A stretch of DNA of 64,000 nucleotides from an uncultured Chloroflexia bacterium (GTDB taxonomy: Bacteria; Chloroflexota; Limnocylindria; Limnocylindrales; CSP1-4), in contig CAVPPB010000003.1 in the NCBI GenBank assembly GCA_963707215.1, positions 1,248,001 through 1,312,000 on the forward strand, in the 5' to 3' direction. Position 1 is the stretch's first letter, and each line of letters begins with the position of its first letter. The notes beneath the pieces are model-generated. The model had not been told where the DNA came from. It searched no databases and worked only from the letters and a program-made list of their open reading frames with translations. Positions 38,653-48,910 of this stretch are shown here, piece by piece. Both the position numbers and the translations under genes were made by a program.

Positions 38653-40168
38653 GCCTCACGGCGATCGCGAGCGGGAGGCGCAGGTCGGCGTCGGTCGGAC
38701 GCCAGCCGGCGAGGGCCTCGATGCGGCGCAGCCGGTAGGCCAGCGTGTTGCGGTGGATGCCGAGGGCGACCGCCGCCTCGGCCATCCCCGGCGTCTCGAG
38801 GACGGCCCGGAGCGTCGCCAGGCGCTCGGCGACGACGTCGGGTCGCCCATCGAGAAGCGGGGCCAGGAGCGTCCGGGCATGTCGTGTGCCATCGGGCAGG
38901 TTGTGCAGACCGCCCAGCAGGCGGTAGGCGGCCTGGCGATCGGCCCGGGCGACCCGCGCACCGTCGTGGCTCGGGTCCGTGGCGGCCAGGCTCTCCATGG
39001 CCTCGAGCGTCGCGCGCGCCTCCGCCTCGGCGAGGGGACGCTCGCCCGGGGCCCCGAAGGGCCGCGACACGGCGACCGGTCGACCCAGCAGGGTCGCGAT
39101 CCGGCCCGCGGTCCCGAGACCGCCGGGGTCGATCGGCCCCGCCGCCAGGACGACCCGCAGCTCGAGGCTCTCGGCGTCGCCCCGGAGGGCGAGTCGGCGG
39201 GCCGGGGCCAGAGCACGGATCTCGCGCCGGACGGTCTCCCGCGCGTCCAGGCCATCCACCTCGTCGGCAGCCCCCTGCCGTGCGACGAGGACGACCCAGG
39301 GCGGACCGGCCGCCGGCAGGGCCCCGTCGCGGCGTCCCGCGTCGCGGGCCCGGCGGACAGCCTCATCGCGGGCCAGCTGCAGGGCCACCAGCCCGGCGAT
39401 CCGCTCCGCCGCGATCCGGTCGAGCTCGCTGGCCGGACGCGCCCCGAGCAGCACGAGGGCACCCGTCGAACGCTCGGTCGCGGAGCCGTCGACGCCGCCC
39501 GGACTGCCGGGGAGGTTGACCCGAAGGGTGCCGGCCCTGACCCCGCCCTGGTAGCGGGCGACCTCGGCCGCCGCAGCCGGGTCGTCGCCCGCCAGGTGGA
39601 CGGCCAGGACGTCGCCGCGACGGCCCTCCAGGGCAACGGGGCGACCCAGGAACGTCCCGACCTCGGCCAGCAGCGCCGCGGGCTCCGCGTCGCCGAGTGC
39701 CAGGCGCTCGAGCCGGGTCTCCAGAACGCCGGCCTGGTGCTCGAGCTCGGCCCGCCGATTGACGATGCAGCCGATGATCCCGCGCTCGAGCGCCCCGGCA
39801 TCACCGTCCTTGAGCCGGAAGGCCGGCAGTCCGGCCGAACCGGCCGCGTCGATGAGGACCTGGACCGAGCCGCGACCGCCGTCCTCGACCGGCTCGGCGG
39901 CGTCGCCTCCGACCACGACCAACCCGGCGACCCGCGAGCGAGCCAGGGCGACGACCAGCTCCACGATGAGCCCGGACGACGGAGCGACGATGGCCAGGGC
40001 CGTGACGGGCACGACGATCAGATCCCCGGGCTCGGGGGAGTCGAGCGCCGGGACCCGCGCTCGCAGGACCCGGACCCAACCCACCGTGGCACCGAGCCGG
40101 GCGTCAGCGGCCTCGCTGGCGGTCGCCGTCGGGAAGACAGCGTCGCGGATCTCGCCGAGGGTCGCCAT
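38633..40168 (-). CDS. PucR/CdaR family transcriptional regulator
   Basis: C-terminal AAVALGIHRNTLAYRLRRIE; TGATG coupling to resB. Confidence 0.88.
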   Translation of the reverse strand: MATLGEIRDAVFPTATASEAADARLGATVGWVRVLRARVPALDSPEPGDLIVVPVTALAIVAPSSGLIVELVVALARSRVAGLVVVGGDAAEPVEDGGRGSVQVLIDAAGSAGLPAFRLKDGDAGALERGIIGCIVNRRAELEHQAGVLETRLERLALGDAEPAALLAEVGTFLGRPVALEGRRGDVLAVHLAGDDPAAAAEVARYQGGVRAGTLRVNLPGSPGGVDGSATERSTGALVLLGARPASELDRIAAERIAGLVALQLARDEAVRRARDAGRRDGALPAAGPPWVVLVARQGAADEVDGLDARETVRREIRALAPARRLALRGDAESLELRVVLAAGPIDPGGLGTAGRIATLLGRPVAVSRPFGAPGERPLAEAEARATLEAMESLAATDPSHDGARVARADRQAAYRLLGGLHNLPDGTRHARTLLAPLLDGRPDVVAERLATLRAVLETPGMAEAAVALGIHRNTLAYRLRRIEALAGWRPTDADLRLPLAIAVRLVQSAL

Positions 40169-41652
40169 CAGGCCGGACCGTCGCCGGTCGCGGAGTCGGC
40201 AGGGGCGTCGGGCGGTGACCGACGCTGCGCCACCAGGTCGTCGACGACCGCCCCGAACTCCCGGTCCACGTCGACATAGCGGTCGTAGCGGGCCACCAGG
40301 GTGGCCTCGCCGTCCGGCCGCAGGCGCGCCCAGATCCGCCGTCGGGGCAGCCAGAAGGTGACCACCAGGCCGACGATGAGGAGCCCGAAGGCGAGCCAGA
40401 CCAGGCCCTGGCCGGGGTCGTGCTTGGCGATGAGGAGGGTGTACTCGGAGACCCCTCGAAGCCCGACGATGAAGTCGATCGCCGGCGTCGTCCCGCTCTC
40501 GCCGGGGACGAGGGCCAGGGCTCCGAGCTCCTCGGTCTCGGGCGAGCCGTCGGGGAGCTCGCCGACGACCCGGTACGGGATGGCCAGGACGACCGCCGAG
40601 CCGTCGTCGCCCCGATCGAGGAAGAGCTGCAGCCCGGCATCGCGACCCGGGACTGCCGTGATCCCGAACGGCAGGCCGGCGACCTGGTCGGTCAGCACGA
40701 CCGGTCCGCTCCACAGCACGGCTCCGCTGGAGCGGTCGCGGATCAACAGGTCCGGGGCCGGGCCGAAGCCGTTCTGGTGAAACGTGTAGCCGGCGACGCT
40801 GAGCGGGTCGTTCACCCGGATGACCTTGCGGGCGATCTCCCGACCGTTCTGGAAGACCGCCAGGTCGGTCGTGAAGTCCTCGGGTCGGCCCGTCTCGAGA
40901 CCCGGCGCCTCGAACCCGAGGTTCTTGACGACGAGCAGGTCGGGCGTCCCGATCGGTTGCACCGTCAGCGAGTCGCCCTCGGCGACGACGAGCCCCGATT
41001 CGTCGCCGAGCAGGCTGGTCACGGCCGCGGCGACCAGGAAGAGGATCAGGCCCGCGTGGGTCAGCAGCGTCGCCAGCTTCGTCCAGCGGTGGCGATCGGC
41101 CATGACCTGGAGCTCGCCGTCGACCTCGACCTCGCGGAGGCGGAAGTGATGGCGGCGCAGGACCGCCCGGAGGCCGTCGGCCGGGACGGCGGTCACGACG
41201 GCCCGCTCGGGCAGACGGGGCTCGTAGAACGTCGGCGGCTGGACGACCCGGATCTCGGCCGCCGCGCGCCAGAGCCTCGGGAGCCGGTCGAGCGTGCAGA
41301 TGAGGATCGAGAAGAGCAGGACGACGAGGCCGAGCGAGAACCAGGTGGAACGGAAGACCTGGAACAGCTGGAGCCGCTCGAGGACGTCGACCACCACGGG
41401 GCCGAGAACGGGATCCAGGCGGGCGTGGATGTCGGCCATCCCGTTGGCGTAGTCGGTCGCCGACCTGAAGGCCGAGTCGGGCAGCTGCGGCAGGGTCATG
41501 CCGATCGTCGCCAGGACGGCCAGGGCGATGATCTGGATGACGGCGAAGTCGACCGAGGTGAAGAGCCGCCATCCCGCAGCCCCCAGCCGGGCCAGCGGAC
41601 CGGCTGGCTGGCGCCGGGCCGAGGCGGGACGGCCGGCCGTCAGCGTCGCCAC
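40168..41652 (-). CDS. resB: Cytochrome c biogenesis protein ResB/Ccs1
   Basis: FTSVDFA, IGMTLPQ, FRSTWF, CTLDR, THAGL, IRVNDPL, DPG motifs; start uncertain. Confidence 0.88.
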   Translation of the reverse strand: MATLTAGRPASARRQPAGPLARLGAAGWRLFTSVDFAVIQIIALAVLATIGMTLPQLPDSAFRSATDYANGMADIHARLDPVLGPVVVDVLERLQLFQVFRSTWFSLGLVVLLFSILICTLDRLPRLWRAAAEIRVVQPPTFYEPRLPERAVVTAVPADGLRAVLRRHHFRLREVEVDGELQVMADRHRWTKLATLLTHAGLILFLVAAAVTSLLGDESGLVVAEGDSLTVQPIGTPDLLVVKNLGFEAPGLETGRPEDFTTDLAVFQNGREIARKVIRVNDPLSVAGYTFHQNGFGPAPDLLIRDRSSGAVLWSGPVVLTDQVAGLPFGITAVPGRDAGLQLFLDRGDDGSAVVLAIPYRVVGELPDGSPETEELGALALVPGESGTTPAIDFIVGLRGVSEYTLLIAKHDPGQGLVWLAFGLLIVGLVVTFWLPRRRIWARLRPDGEATLVARYDRYVDVDREFGAVVDDLVAQRRSPPDAPADSATGDGPA

Positions 41653-41804
41653 CGCCGGGTCAGGTCCGGCCGGCGGCGCCCGGGGCAGCGGCCGTGGCTG
41701 CGGCCAGGCGGCGGGCGAGCTTCTCCTGGGGAGGATGCGTCGCCGCACGGATGGCGTGCGGGGGGAAGCCGGTCACGCGCCGGATGCTACACCGACCGCG
41801 GTGC

Positions 41805-43034
41805 CTACCCGACAGAGATGCTGCGACCGGTCGTGCCCGAGACCCGGTCGCGGCCCGATCGCTTGGACGCGTACATGGCCTGGTCGGCCGCGATCAGGAG
41901 GGCGTCGGCCGACGCTCCATCGTCCGGGTAGGCCACGATGCCGATGCTGACGGAGGGTCGGATCGGCCCCTCGGGCGACTCGATGAGCCCCTCCCCGACC
42001 CCCTGGCGGATCTTCTCGGCCAGGACGAAGGCCCCGGTCGGGTCGGTCTCCGGACAGAGCACCGCGAACTCATCGCCGCCGTAGCGGGCGGGCGTGTCGA
42101 TCTTCCGGACCCCGACCCGGATCACGTCTCCGACCCGCCGCAGGAGGCGGTCACCGACGTGGTGTCCGAAGCGGTCGTTGACCGGCTTCAGGCCGTCGAC
42201 GTCCATGAGGAGCAGGCAGAAGCCGCGTCCCGACCGGCTGCTGCGGGCGATCTCGCGCTCGACGGCCGCGAAGACGAACGGGCGGTTGAAGAGGCCCGTC
42301 AGCGAGTCGACCGTCGAGGCCCGGATGGCGGCCTCGCGTGAGCGGCGCTGCTCGCGGCCCACGATCAGGGCGATGTAGGCGATGAGGACCATCGCGGTGA
42401 GGTTGACCGTCACCGTGATCACCTGGGCCTCGTCGAGCGGCGGACCGCCGACCGGCAGCACGATGACCAGGACGTAGGCGAGGCTGGCGAAGGCGGTCAG
42501 GGCGACCGCGGCGGGAGCGCTGGCGACCAGCGAAGCCCCCGCGACGACCAGGGGGAAAGTGAAGAAGAACGGGCTGACCGCCTGACCCGTGAGCAGGACC
42601 AGGGCGCCCGCGACCGTGATGGCGATGCTGCCCTCGACGATGGGGCGGACCGGGCCCAGCGCTTCCGGCGGGAAGATGTCATGGATGAGGACGACCGCGA
42701 GCGCTGCCAGGAGGACCACCACGAGGATCGCCGCCTGGGTCTCCGGCCAGGCACCGCTCACCACGACGATCGCCGCAACGGCGATCAGGTAGGTCCAGGA
42801 GGCGATCCGGACGATCCGGTCGTAGGTCCCCGGCTCATCCTCGCCAGGTACCACCGCGGCCTCCGGCCGGCCGGCCATGGCGGCGAGCCGGACGAGCCCC
42901 GAGGCCGTCCCGGGTCGATCCGCGTCGCCTGCGGCACGCCCCCGGAGCAGCGGCGGCAGGATCGCCAGGGCCAGCAGGACGAGGTTGGCCAGCACGGCCA
43001 CCACGACCAGGGCCAGGACGGGCTCGACGGGCAC
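41805..43034 (-). CDS. Membrane-bound diguanylate cyclase (GGDEF)
   Basis: DSLTGLFNR, DVDGLKPVNDRFGH, RKID-x5-GGDEF. Confidence 0.92.
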   Translation of the reverse strand: MPVEPVLALVVVAVLANLVLLALAILPPLLRGRAAGDADRPGTASGLVRLAAMAGRPEAAVVPGEDEPGTYDRIVRIASWTYLIAVAAIVVVSGAWPETQAAILVVVLLAALAVVLIHDIFPPEALGPVRPIVEGSIAITVAGALVLLTGQAVSPFFFTFPLVVAGASLVASAPAAVALTAFASLAYVLVIVLPVGGPPLDEAQVITVTVNLTAMVLIAYIALIVGREQRRSREAAIRASTVDSLTGLFNRPFVFAAVEREIARSSRSGRGFCLLLMDVDGLKPVNDRFGHHVGDRLLRRVGDVIRVGVRKIDTPARYGGDEFAVLCPETDPTGAFVLAEKIRQGVGEGLIESPEGPIRPSVSIGIVAYPDDGASADALLIAADQAMYASKRSGRDRVSGTTGRSISVG

Positions 43035-43205
43035 GATCGGGCATCCTCCGGGCACATGCATCCTGGGCACGGGATGCCGGCCCATGGTAGACGGCGCCAG
43101 CGGAGCGGACGAGGGTCCGACGGCCCCGACGGTGCGCCCTGGCAACGGCGAACGGCGCCTGGTCGGCCTGTCGACGAGGCGGGTCGACGGCGCCGCCGCG
43201 ACGCG

Positions 43206-43760
43206 TCAGTCGGTGGAGGGGATGTCGACCGGGTCCGAGGAGGACTGCCCGAGGGGTCCGAGCAGTGGGTCGAGGACCTCGACGATCCACTCGGCGGCGG
43301 CCTTGAACCGCTCCTCCGCCCGGCCGGGCGTCTCGGCCGTCCGGGACGGACCGTAGCCGATCAGGATGTTCAAGCCGACGAACGTGTAGGGCGGCTCGCC
43401 GGCAGCCGGTGGGGCGCCGTCGACGAACCCCGTGGAGGCCAGGAGCGCCGGCGAACTGCTGTAGCCGGCAAGGACGAGCGGCCAGCCCTCGAGGGTCGCG
43501 TTGATCCGCTTGACGGGCTCGCCCGACGGATCGCTGCCGGCGTTGTTGGGGACGACCCGCAGGCCGGCAGCCGTCAGGGCCCGAAAGATGTCGTCGACCG
43601 CGACAGGCTCGGTCAGGTGGGGATCCGGGGTCGGCGTGGGACGCCGGTCGGGGGTCGGCGTCGGCGACGGGGCCGCTTCGGCGCCGCAGCCCACGACGAG
43701 CACGACGACGACCAGGGTGGCCGCCGCGCGGAGCACGCCAGATCGCATCCACCCCCGCAT
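43206..43760 (-). CDS. Lipoprotein of unknown function
   Basis: VVGC lipobox and PTPTP linker. Confidence 0.75.
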   Translation of the reverse strand: MRGWMRSGVLRAAATLVVVVLVVGCGAEAAPSPTPTPDRRPTPTPDPHLTEPVAVDDIFRALTAAGLRVVPNNAGSDPSGEPVKRINATLEGWPLVLAGYSSSPALLASTGFVDGAPPAAGEPPYTFVGLNILIGYGPSRTAETPGRAEERFKAAAEWIVEVLDPLLGPLGQSSSDPVDIPSTD

Positions 43761-43831
43761 GGCGGGGCGATGCTAGCACGCACCGGTCCGCGTACCGACC
43801 GGTACGAAGCGCCCCCCTGACAGGGGGACCG

Positions 43832-44755
43832 TCAGCCGGCGTCGAGCGCCTCCAGGACCGGGGCCAGGCCCTCGAGCGACGCGGCCGTGATCGGATCGAC
43901 GACGAGCTGGACGTGCCCGATGCCGGCGGCTGCATAGGCGCGAAGCGTGCCTGCGACCTCGTCGGCCGAGCCTTCGAGGGCCGGGGTCGAGCGCTTGGTG
44001 TCCCCCATGATCCGCCCCGAGCCACCCGGCATCCGGACCAGCACGGCCACCGTTCGCTCGATCTCGGCCGGGTCGCGGCCCACCTCCCAGCAGGCGGCAT
44101 CGACCCGCTCGCGGAGCGGTCCCACGCCATCTGGCGAGTTGCCCGTGTCCGCGAACCAGGCGTTCCATGCGTCGGCGTGGGGCATCGTGATCCGCAGCAT
44201 CCGCTCGCCGCTGGAGCCGATCAGGAGGGGCGGCCCACCGGGGCGGGCTGGGCGCGGCAGAAGCTCGCAGTCGCGCGCCTGGTAGTACGCCCCATCGAAG
44301 TCGATCGAGCCTTCCCTCAGGAGCGTCCGGATGATCGTGAAGGCCTCCTCGAAGCGTGATATCCGGTGATCGAATGGGAAGCCGAAGGCTCGGTACTCGG
44401 TCTCGTTCCATCCAGCCCCGAGCCCCAGGATCAACCGGCCACCGGAGATCTCGTCGACGGTCGCCGCCTGCTTGGCCAGCATCGCCGGCGCGTGGAAGCT
44501 CGTCGAGGCGACGAGCGGCCCGAGCGCGATCCGCTCGGTGGCCTGGGCCAGGCCGGCGAGCGTCGTCCACGCCTCCCAGGGCCCGCGGGTCTCGCCGCTG
44601 GCGAAGCGGTAGAGCAGATGGTCACCGACCCAGAGCGAGTCGAAGCCGATCTCCTCGGCCAGGCGGGCCATCGTCCGCAGCTCGGGCCAGCGGACCTCGC
44701 GCTCGACCTCGGGCAGCTGGACCCCGACCTTGAGCGGTCGACCGGATGCCGTCAT
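43832..44755 (-). CDS. LLM class flavin-dependent oxidoreductase
   Basis: GFDSLWVGDH and ISGGRLILGLGAGW motifs. Confidence 0.92.
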   Translation of the reverse strand: MTASGRPLKVGVQLPEVEREVRWPELRTMARLAEEIGFDSLWVGDHLLYRFASGETRGPWEAWTTLAGLAQATERIALGPLVASTSFHAPAMLAKQAATVDEISGGRLILGLGAGWNETEYRAFGFPFDHRISRFEEAFTIIRTLLREGSIDFDGAYYQARDCELLPRPARPGGPPLLIGSSGERMLRITMPHADAWNAWFADTGNSPDGVGPLRERVDAACWEVGRDPAEIERTVAVLVRMPGGSGRIMGDTKRSTPALEGSADEVAGTLRAYAAAGIGHVQLVVDPITAASLEGLAPVLEALDAG

Positions 44756-44891
44756 CGGTGAGCCCTCCTGCTGGATGGACCGGAAGCGTAGCCCGTTCGC
44801 GCTCGCCGCAGCGGCCGCAGTAGCCGCCCGGGCGCGCCTCCGTCTCGACCCGATATGCTTGCCGCCGCAACTAACCACTGGGGAGCCCGAC

Positions 44892-45272
44892 GTGGACGAC
44901 ACCATCCGCCGTGCGCTCGGTCAGAGCAGCGTCATCGACATCACGACGACCGGCCGGAAGACCGGCCAGCCGCGGCGGATCGAGATCTACCTCCACAGCA
45001 TCGACGGCCGGCTGCTGATCAGCGGCATGCCGCGTGCCGACCGCCCGAGGGCCTGGCTTCGAAACCTGGAGGCCGACCCGAACCTCGTCGTCCACCTCAA
45101 GGGGCCGCTGGCCGTGGCCGATGTCGCTGCCACCGCCCGGATCGTCACCGACGATGCCGAGCGTCGGGCCCTCCTGGTCGGCGTGGCCCGCGCCTGGGGC
45201 CGCGACGACATCGAGGCGATGGTCGCCCACAGCCCGCTCATCGAGCTCACGATCCCCGGCCTCCCGGCCTGA
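44892..45272 (+). CDS. Deazaflavin-dependent nitroreductase-like protein
   Basis: ITTTGRKTGQPR and WLRNLEADP motifs. Confidence 0.8.
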   Translation: MDDTIRRALGQSSVIDITTTGRKTGQPRRIEIYLHSIDGRLLISGMPRADRPRAWLRNLEADPNLVVHLKGPLAVADVAATARIVTDDAERRALLVGVARAWGRDDIEAMVAHSPLIELTIPGLPA

Positions 45273-45341
45273 TCCGATCCTCCCGGCCGAGAGGACCAGC
45301 GTGGCGTTGACGGACGGGGCGCCCGGACCCATCATCGGTCG

Positions 45342-45435
45342 CGAAGGGGAGTAGGCCTCCTCCGGCAGATCGACATGCTGGCGCTTCGCGCCCGGTCGCC
45401 GGGTCCACCGACGCGGTGGATGGTCGAGACCTTCG
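45342..45435 (+). ncRNA. yybP-ykoY (Mn2+) riboswitch
   Basis: CGAAGGGGAGTAG...GATCGACATG...GAGACCTTCG upstream of a UPF0016 gene; TTGACG-17-CATCAT promoter just 5'. Confidence 0.85.
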
Positions 45436-45503
45436 AGCGGACGAGCCTGGGGGCGTCCGGTCGAGGGCCGTCCCCGATCCGGAGCCCGAGCAACGGAGCC
45501 CGG

Positions 45504-46076
45504 ATGGACGCCTTCCTCCTCTCGACCGGGGTCATCCTGCTGGCCGAGCTCGGCGACAAGAGCCAGCTGATGGCGCTCGCCTTCGCGGCCCGCTATCGGG
45601 CGGTGACGGTCCTGGTCGCCGTGACCCTGGCCACGCTCCTGGTCCACGCCCTCTCGGTCCTCATCGGCCAGACGGCCGCACTCCTCCTGCCGACCGCCCT
45701 GATCAACGTCGTCGCCGGGCTGTCGTTCTTCGGCTTCGCCTGGTGGACGCTCCGCGGCGACCACCTCGGCGAGCGCGAGCGGAATCGGGCGGAGCGGGGC
45801 GGTCGATGGGCGCTCCTGACGATCGGCACGGCGTTCTTCCTCGCCGAGCTGGGCGACAAGACGATGCTGGCCACGGTCTCCCTCGCCACGACCGAGGAGC
45901 CGATCGCCGTCTGGCTCGGGTCGACGCTCGGGATGGTCATCGCCGACGCGATCGCCATCGGTGTCGGGGCGTTCCTCGGCACCCGTCTGCCCGAGCGGGC
46001 CATCGGGATCTTCGCCGCCGGGGCATTCGTCGTCTTCGGCGCGCTGCTGATCGCCGAGGGCCTCGGCCTGATCTAG
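45504..46076 (+). CDS. TMEM165/GDT1 (UPF0016) Mn2+/Ca2+ exporter
   Basis: Two ELGDK(S/T) motifs. Confidence 0.93.
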   Translation: MDAFLLSTGVILLAELGDKSQLMALAFAARYRAVTVLVAVTLATLLVHALSVLIGQTAALLLPTALINVVAGLSFFGFAWWTLRGDHLGERERNRAERGGRWALLTIGTAFFLAELGDKTMLATVSLATTEEPIAVWLGSTLGMVIADAIAIGVGAFLGTRLPERAIGIFAAGAFVVFGALLIAEGLGLI

Positions 46077-46133
46077 GCGGCTCGGCGCGGGCGGGGAGCC
46101 CCGCACGCTCTGCGCCGGGTCGCCCGCGACGCG

Positions 46134-48611
46134 TCAGGCCAGGATCCGCCGCCGCTCCGGGTCGTACATCGGCCGCAGCGACGCCCGGGCCGGGTAGCGG
46201 ACACCGGCCACGTCGACCTCGAACCGACCTTCCTCGATCGCCTCGCGCGGGATGCCGGCCGGGTCCTCGACCGCGGCCAGGCCCACGGCGCCACCGAGGG
46301 TGTGCCCGAAGGCGCCGATCCGGACGTAGCCGAACCACTCGCCGTCCCGGAGCAGCGGCTCGCCGCTGTAGAGGATCGGCTCGGGATCCTCGACGAGCAC
46401 CTGGATCAGCCGCCGCGTCGGCGGGCCGTCGGTCCGGGCCGCCAGGAGCGCGTCGCGACCGAGGAACCCACCGGGCTTGTCCCAGGCCACCGTGAAGCCG
46501 ATCCCGACGTCGAGCGGCGAGTCGGTGTTGTCGATGTCGAGGCCGTAGTCGCGATAGGCCTTCTCGAGCCGCAGGCTGCCCATCGCCCCCAGGCCAACGT
46601 TCCGGTAGCCCAGGTCGGCGCCGGCTTCCATGAGGGCGTCGTAGACGGTCAGCGCCAGCTCGGCCGGGACATGGAGCTCCCAGCCCAGCTCGCCGACGTA
46701 CGTCACCCGCATGGCGAGGACCCGGGCGTAGTCGAGGTCGATCTCTCGGGCGGTCAGGTACGGGAACGCCTCGTTCGACAGGTCGGCACTCGTGAGACGC
46801 GAGAGCAGTTCCCGGGACCGCGGGCCCTGGACGGTCATGAGGGTCGTCCCGGACGTCACGTCGGTGACCGTCACGTGAGCGTCCTCGGGCGCGTTGCGCA
46901 GGATCCAGGGCTCGATCCGGCGGTGGATCAGGTCGGTGACGACGACGAGGAAGCGGTCCTCGGCGAGCCGGGTGACCGTCAGGTCCGCCTCGATGCCGCC
47001 CTTCGTGTTGAGCCACGGGGTGTAGACGATCCGCCCGACCGGGCCGGCGACGTCGTTCGCGGAGACCCAGCTCAGCACGCGCTCGGCGTCGCGACCCTGG
47101 ACGATGAACTTCGCCATCAGGGACATGTCGAGCATGCCGACCGCCTCGCGGACGGTCCGGTGCTCGGCGGCCTGGAGCGGGAAGGAGGCGTCGCGGCCCC
47201 AGCCGTGGACGATCTCGGGGTGGCTGCCCGGCTCGGCGAACCACTCCGGGTACTCCCAGCCGGACGAGACCGCGAAGTGCGCCCCGGCATCGGCCAGGCG
47301 ATCGTGGATGACCGACCGGCGCACGTTCCGGGCGCTCTTCGGATGCCAGTTGGGCCAGACCGCGTCGCCGAACAGCACGCCCAGCTGCTCGACCGTCCGG
47401 TCCAGCCGGAAGCGCCGACTCGTCTCGAACGGCTGGGTCCGGTCCAGGGTCAGCCCGGAGACGTCGACGTGAGGCACGCCGTCGACGATCCAATGGGCGA
47501 GGATCTGGCCGACCCCGCCGGAAAGCAGGATGCCAAGCGAGTTCAACCCTGCCGCGACGAAGTAGCCGCCGAGCTCCGGCGCCTCGCCCAGCTGGGGCAT
47601 GACATCGGCGGTGAAGCTCTCCGGCCCGCAGAACATCGTCCGGACACCGGCGTCGCGCAGGGACGGGAAGCGGTCCATCGCCCGCTCCAGGTACGGCCCG
47701 ACGCGGTCCCAGTCCGGCGGCAGGCTGGCGAACGAGATCTCCTTCGGGATGCGGTCGAGCGACCAGGGCCCGGCCACCGGCTCGAACAGGCCGACGAGGA
47801 TCCCGCCGCCCTCCTCGCGGTAGTAGCCGTAGCGGTCGGGGTCCTCGACGATCGGCAGATCCGGGTGAGCCCACTCGACGGTGTCGGTGATGAGGTAGTA
47901 GTGCTCGGCCGCCTGGAGCGGCACCGAGACGCCGGCCATCTCCCCCACCTCGCGGCCCCACATGCCGGCGGCGTTGACGACGTACTCGGTCCGGATCGTC
48001 CCCTGCTCGGTCACGACCCCGGTGACCCGACCACGCGCGGTCGTGAAGCCGGTGACCTCGACCCCCTCGAGGATCCGGGCACCCCCGTTCCGGGCGCCGT
48101 GGGCGTAGGCCATCGTGAGGTCGGCGGGGTTGACCCGGCCCTCGTCGGGCACGTAGAGGACGGCCAGCACGTCGTCGATCCGGGCGGCCGGCCAGAGCTC
48201 GGCGAACTCGGTCGGCGAGAGCTCGTGGTTCTCGACGCCGTAGCCGTGCACGAACGCCGCCTCCCTGCGAAGGGTCTCGAGGCGCTCCGGGGTCGAGGCG
48301 ACGTGGATGTGCCCGATCTCCCGGAAGCCGGTCGCCTGCCCGGTCTCGGACTCGAGCGAGACGCACAGGTCGCGGGTCGTCCGGGTCATCCAGAGGAGCG
48401 TCTCGGAGGCCAGGCCGGCTGACGTGATGAGGCCCGCGGCGTGCCAGGTCGTCCCGCCGGTCAGCTGGCGCCGCTCGAGGAGCACGACGTCGCGCCAGCC
48501 GAGCTTCGTCAGGTGGTAGGCGATGCTGGCCCCGATGACCCCGCCACCCACGATGACGACCTGGGCCTGGTCGGGGATCGTCGCCTCGGTCCGCTGCCTC
48601 GGTCCGGTCAT
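46134..48611 (-). CDS. FAD-dependent oxidoreductase with GcvT domain (sarcosine/dimethylglycine dehydrogenase-like)
   Basis: GGGVIG, GTTWHAAG, GPESFT and LRLEKAY motifs. Confidence 0.92.
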   Translation of the reverse strand: MTGPRQRTEATIPDQAQVVIVGGGVIGASIAYHLTKLGWRDVVLLERRQLTGGTTWHAAGLITSAGLASETLLWMTRTTRDLCVSLESETGQATGFREIGHIHVASTPERLETLRREAAFVHGYGVENHELSPTEFAELWPAARIDDVLAVLYVPDEGRVNPADLTMAYAHGARNGGARILEGVEVTGFTTARGRVTGVVTEQGTIRTEYVVNAAGMWGREVGEMAGVSVPLQAAEHYYLITDTVEWAHPDLPIVEDPDRYGYYREEGGGILVGLFEPVAGPWSLDRIPKEISFASLPPDWDRVGPYLERAMDRFPSLRDAGVRTMFCGPESFTADVMPQLGEAPELGGYFVAAGLNSLGILLSGGVGQILAHWIVDGVPHVDVSGLTLDRTQPFETSRRFRLDRTVEQLGVLFGDAVWPNWHPKSARNVRRSVIHDRLADAGAHFAVSSGWEYPEWFAEPGSHPEIVHGWGRDASFPLQAAEHRTVREAVGMLDMSLMAKFIVQGRDAERVLSWVSANDVAGPVGRIVYTPWLNTKGGIEADLTVTRLAEDRFLVVVTDLIHRRIEPWILRNAPEDAHVTVTDVTSGTTLMTVQGPRSRELLSRLTSADLSNEAFPYLTAREIDLDYARVLAMRVTYVGELGWELHVPAELALTVYDALMEAGADLGYRNVGLGAMGSLRLEKAYRDYGLDIDNTDSPLDVGIGFTVAWDKPGGFLGRDALLAARTDGPPTRRLIQVLVEDPEPILYSGEPLLRDGEWFGYVRIGAFGHTLGGAVGLAAVEDPAGIPREAIEEGRFEVDVAGVRYPARASLRPMYDPERRRILA

Positions 48612-48910
48612 GGCCGCCTCCGCCGCTGGTGCGGCCACGGCCCGTCCGGGCGAACCCCCGACCAGGGACCGCGACCCCGCCGCGATGCTAGCCGGGGCTC
48701 GCCTGGCTGCCCTCCTCGGTTCCGCGGGCCGGGCGGACCCTGGTTGCCGGTCACCACGCCGCCACCGTGGACGACAGCGCGGAACAGCGCCCGTCGGCAC
48801 CGCGCGACCGGTGCATCCTGCCGGTCAGGGCGGGGCCCGTCGGCGGAGACCGGGCGGATCGGACCGGATCGGCGACGCGGACGCCGGACCCGCAGCGGAT
48901 CGGAGGTCGC

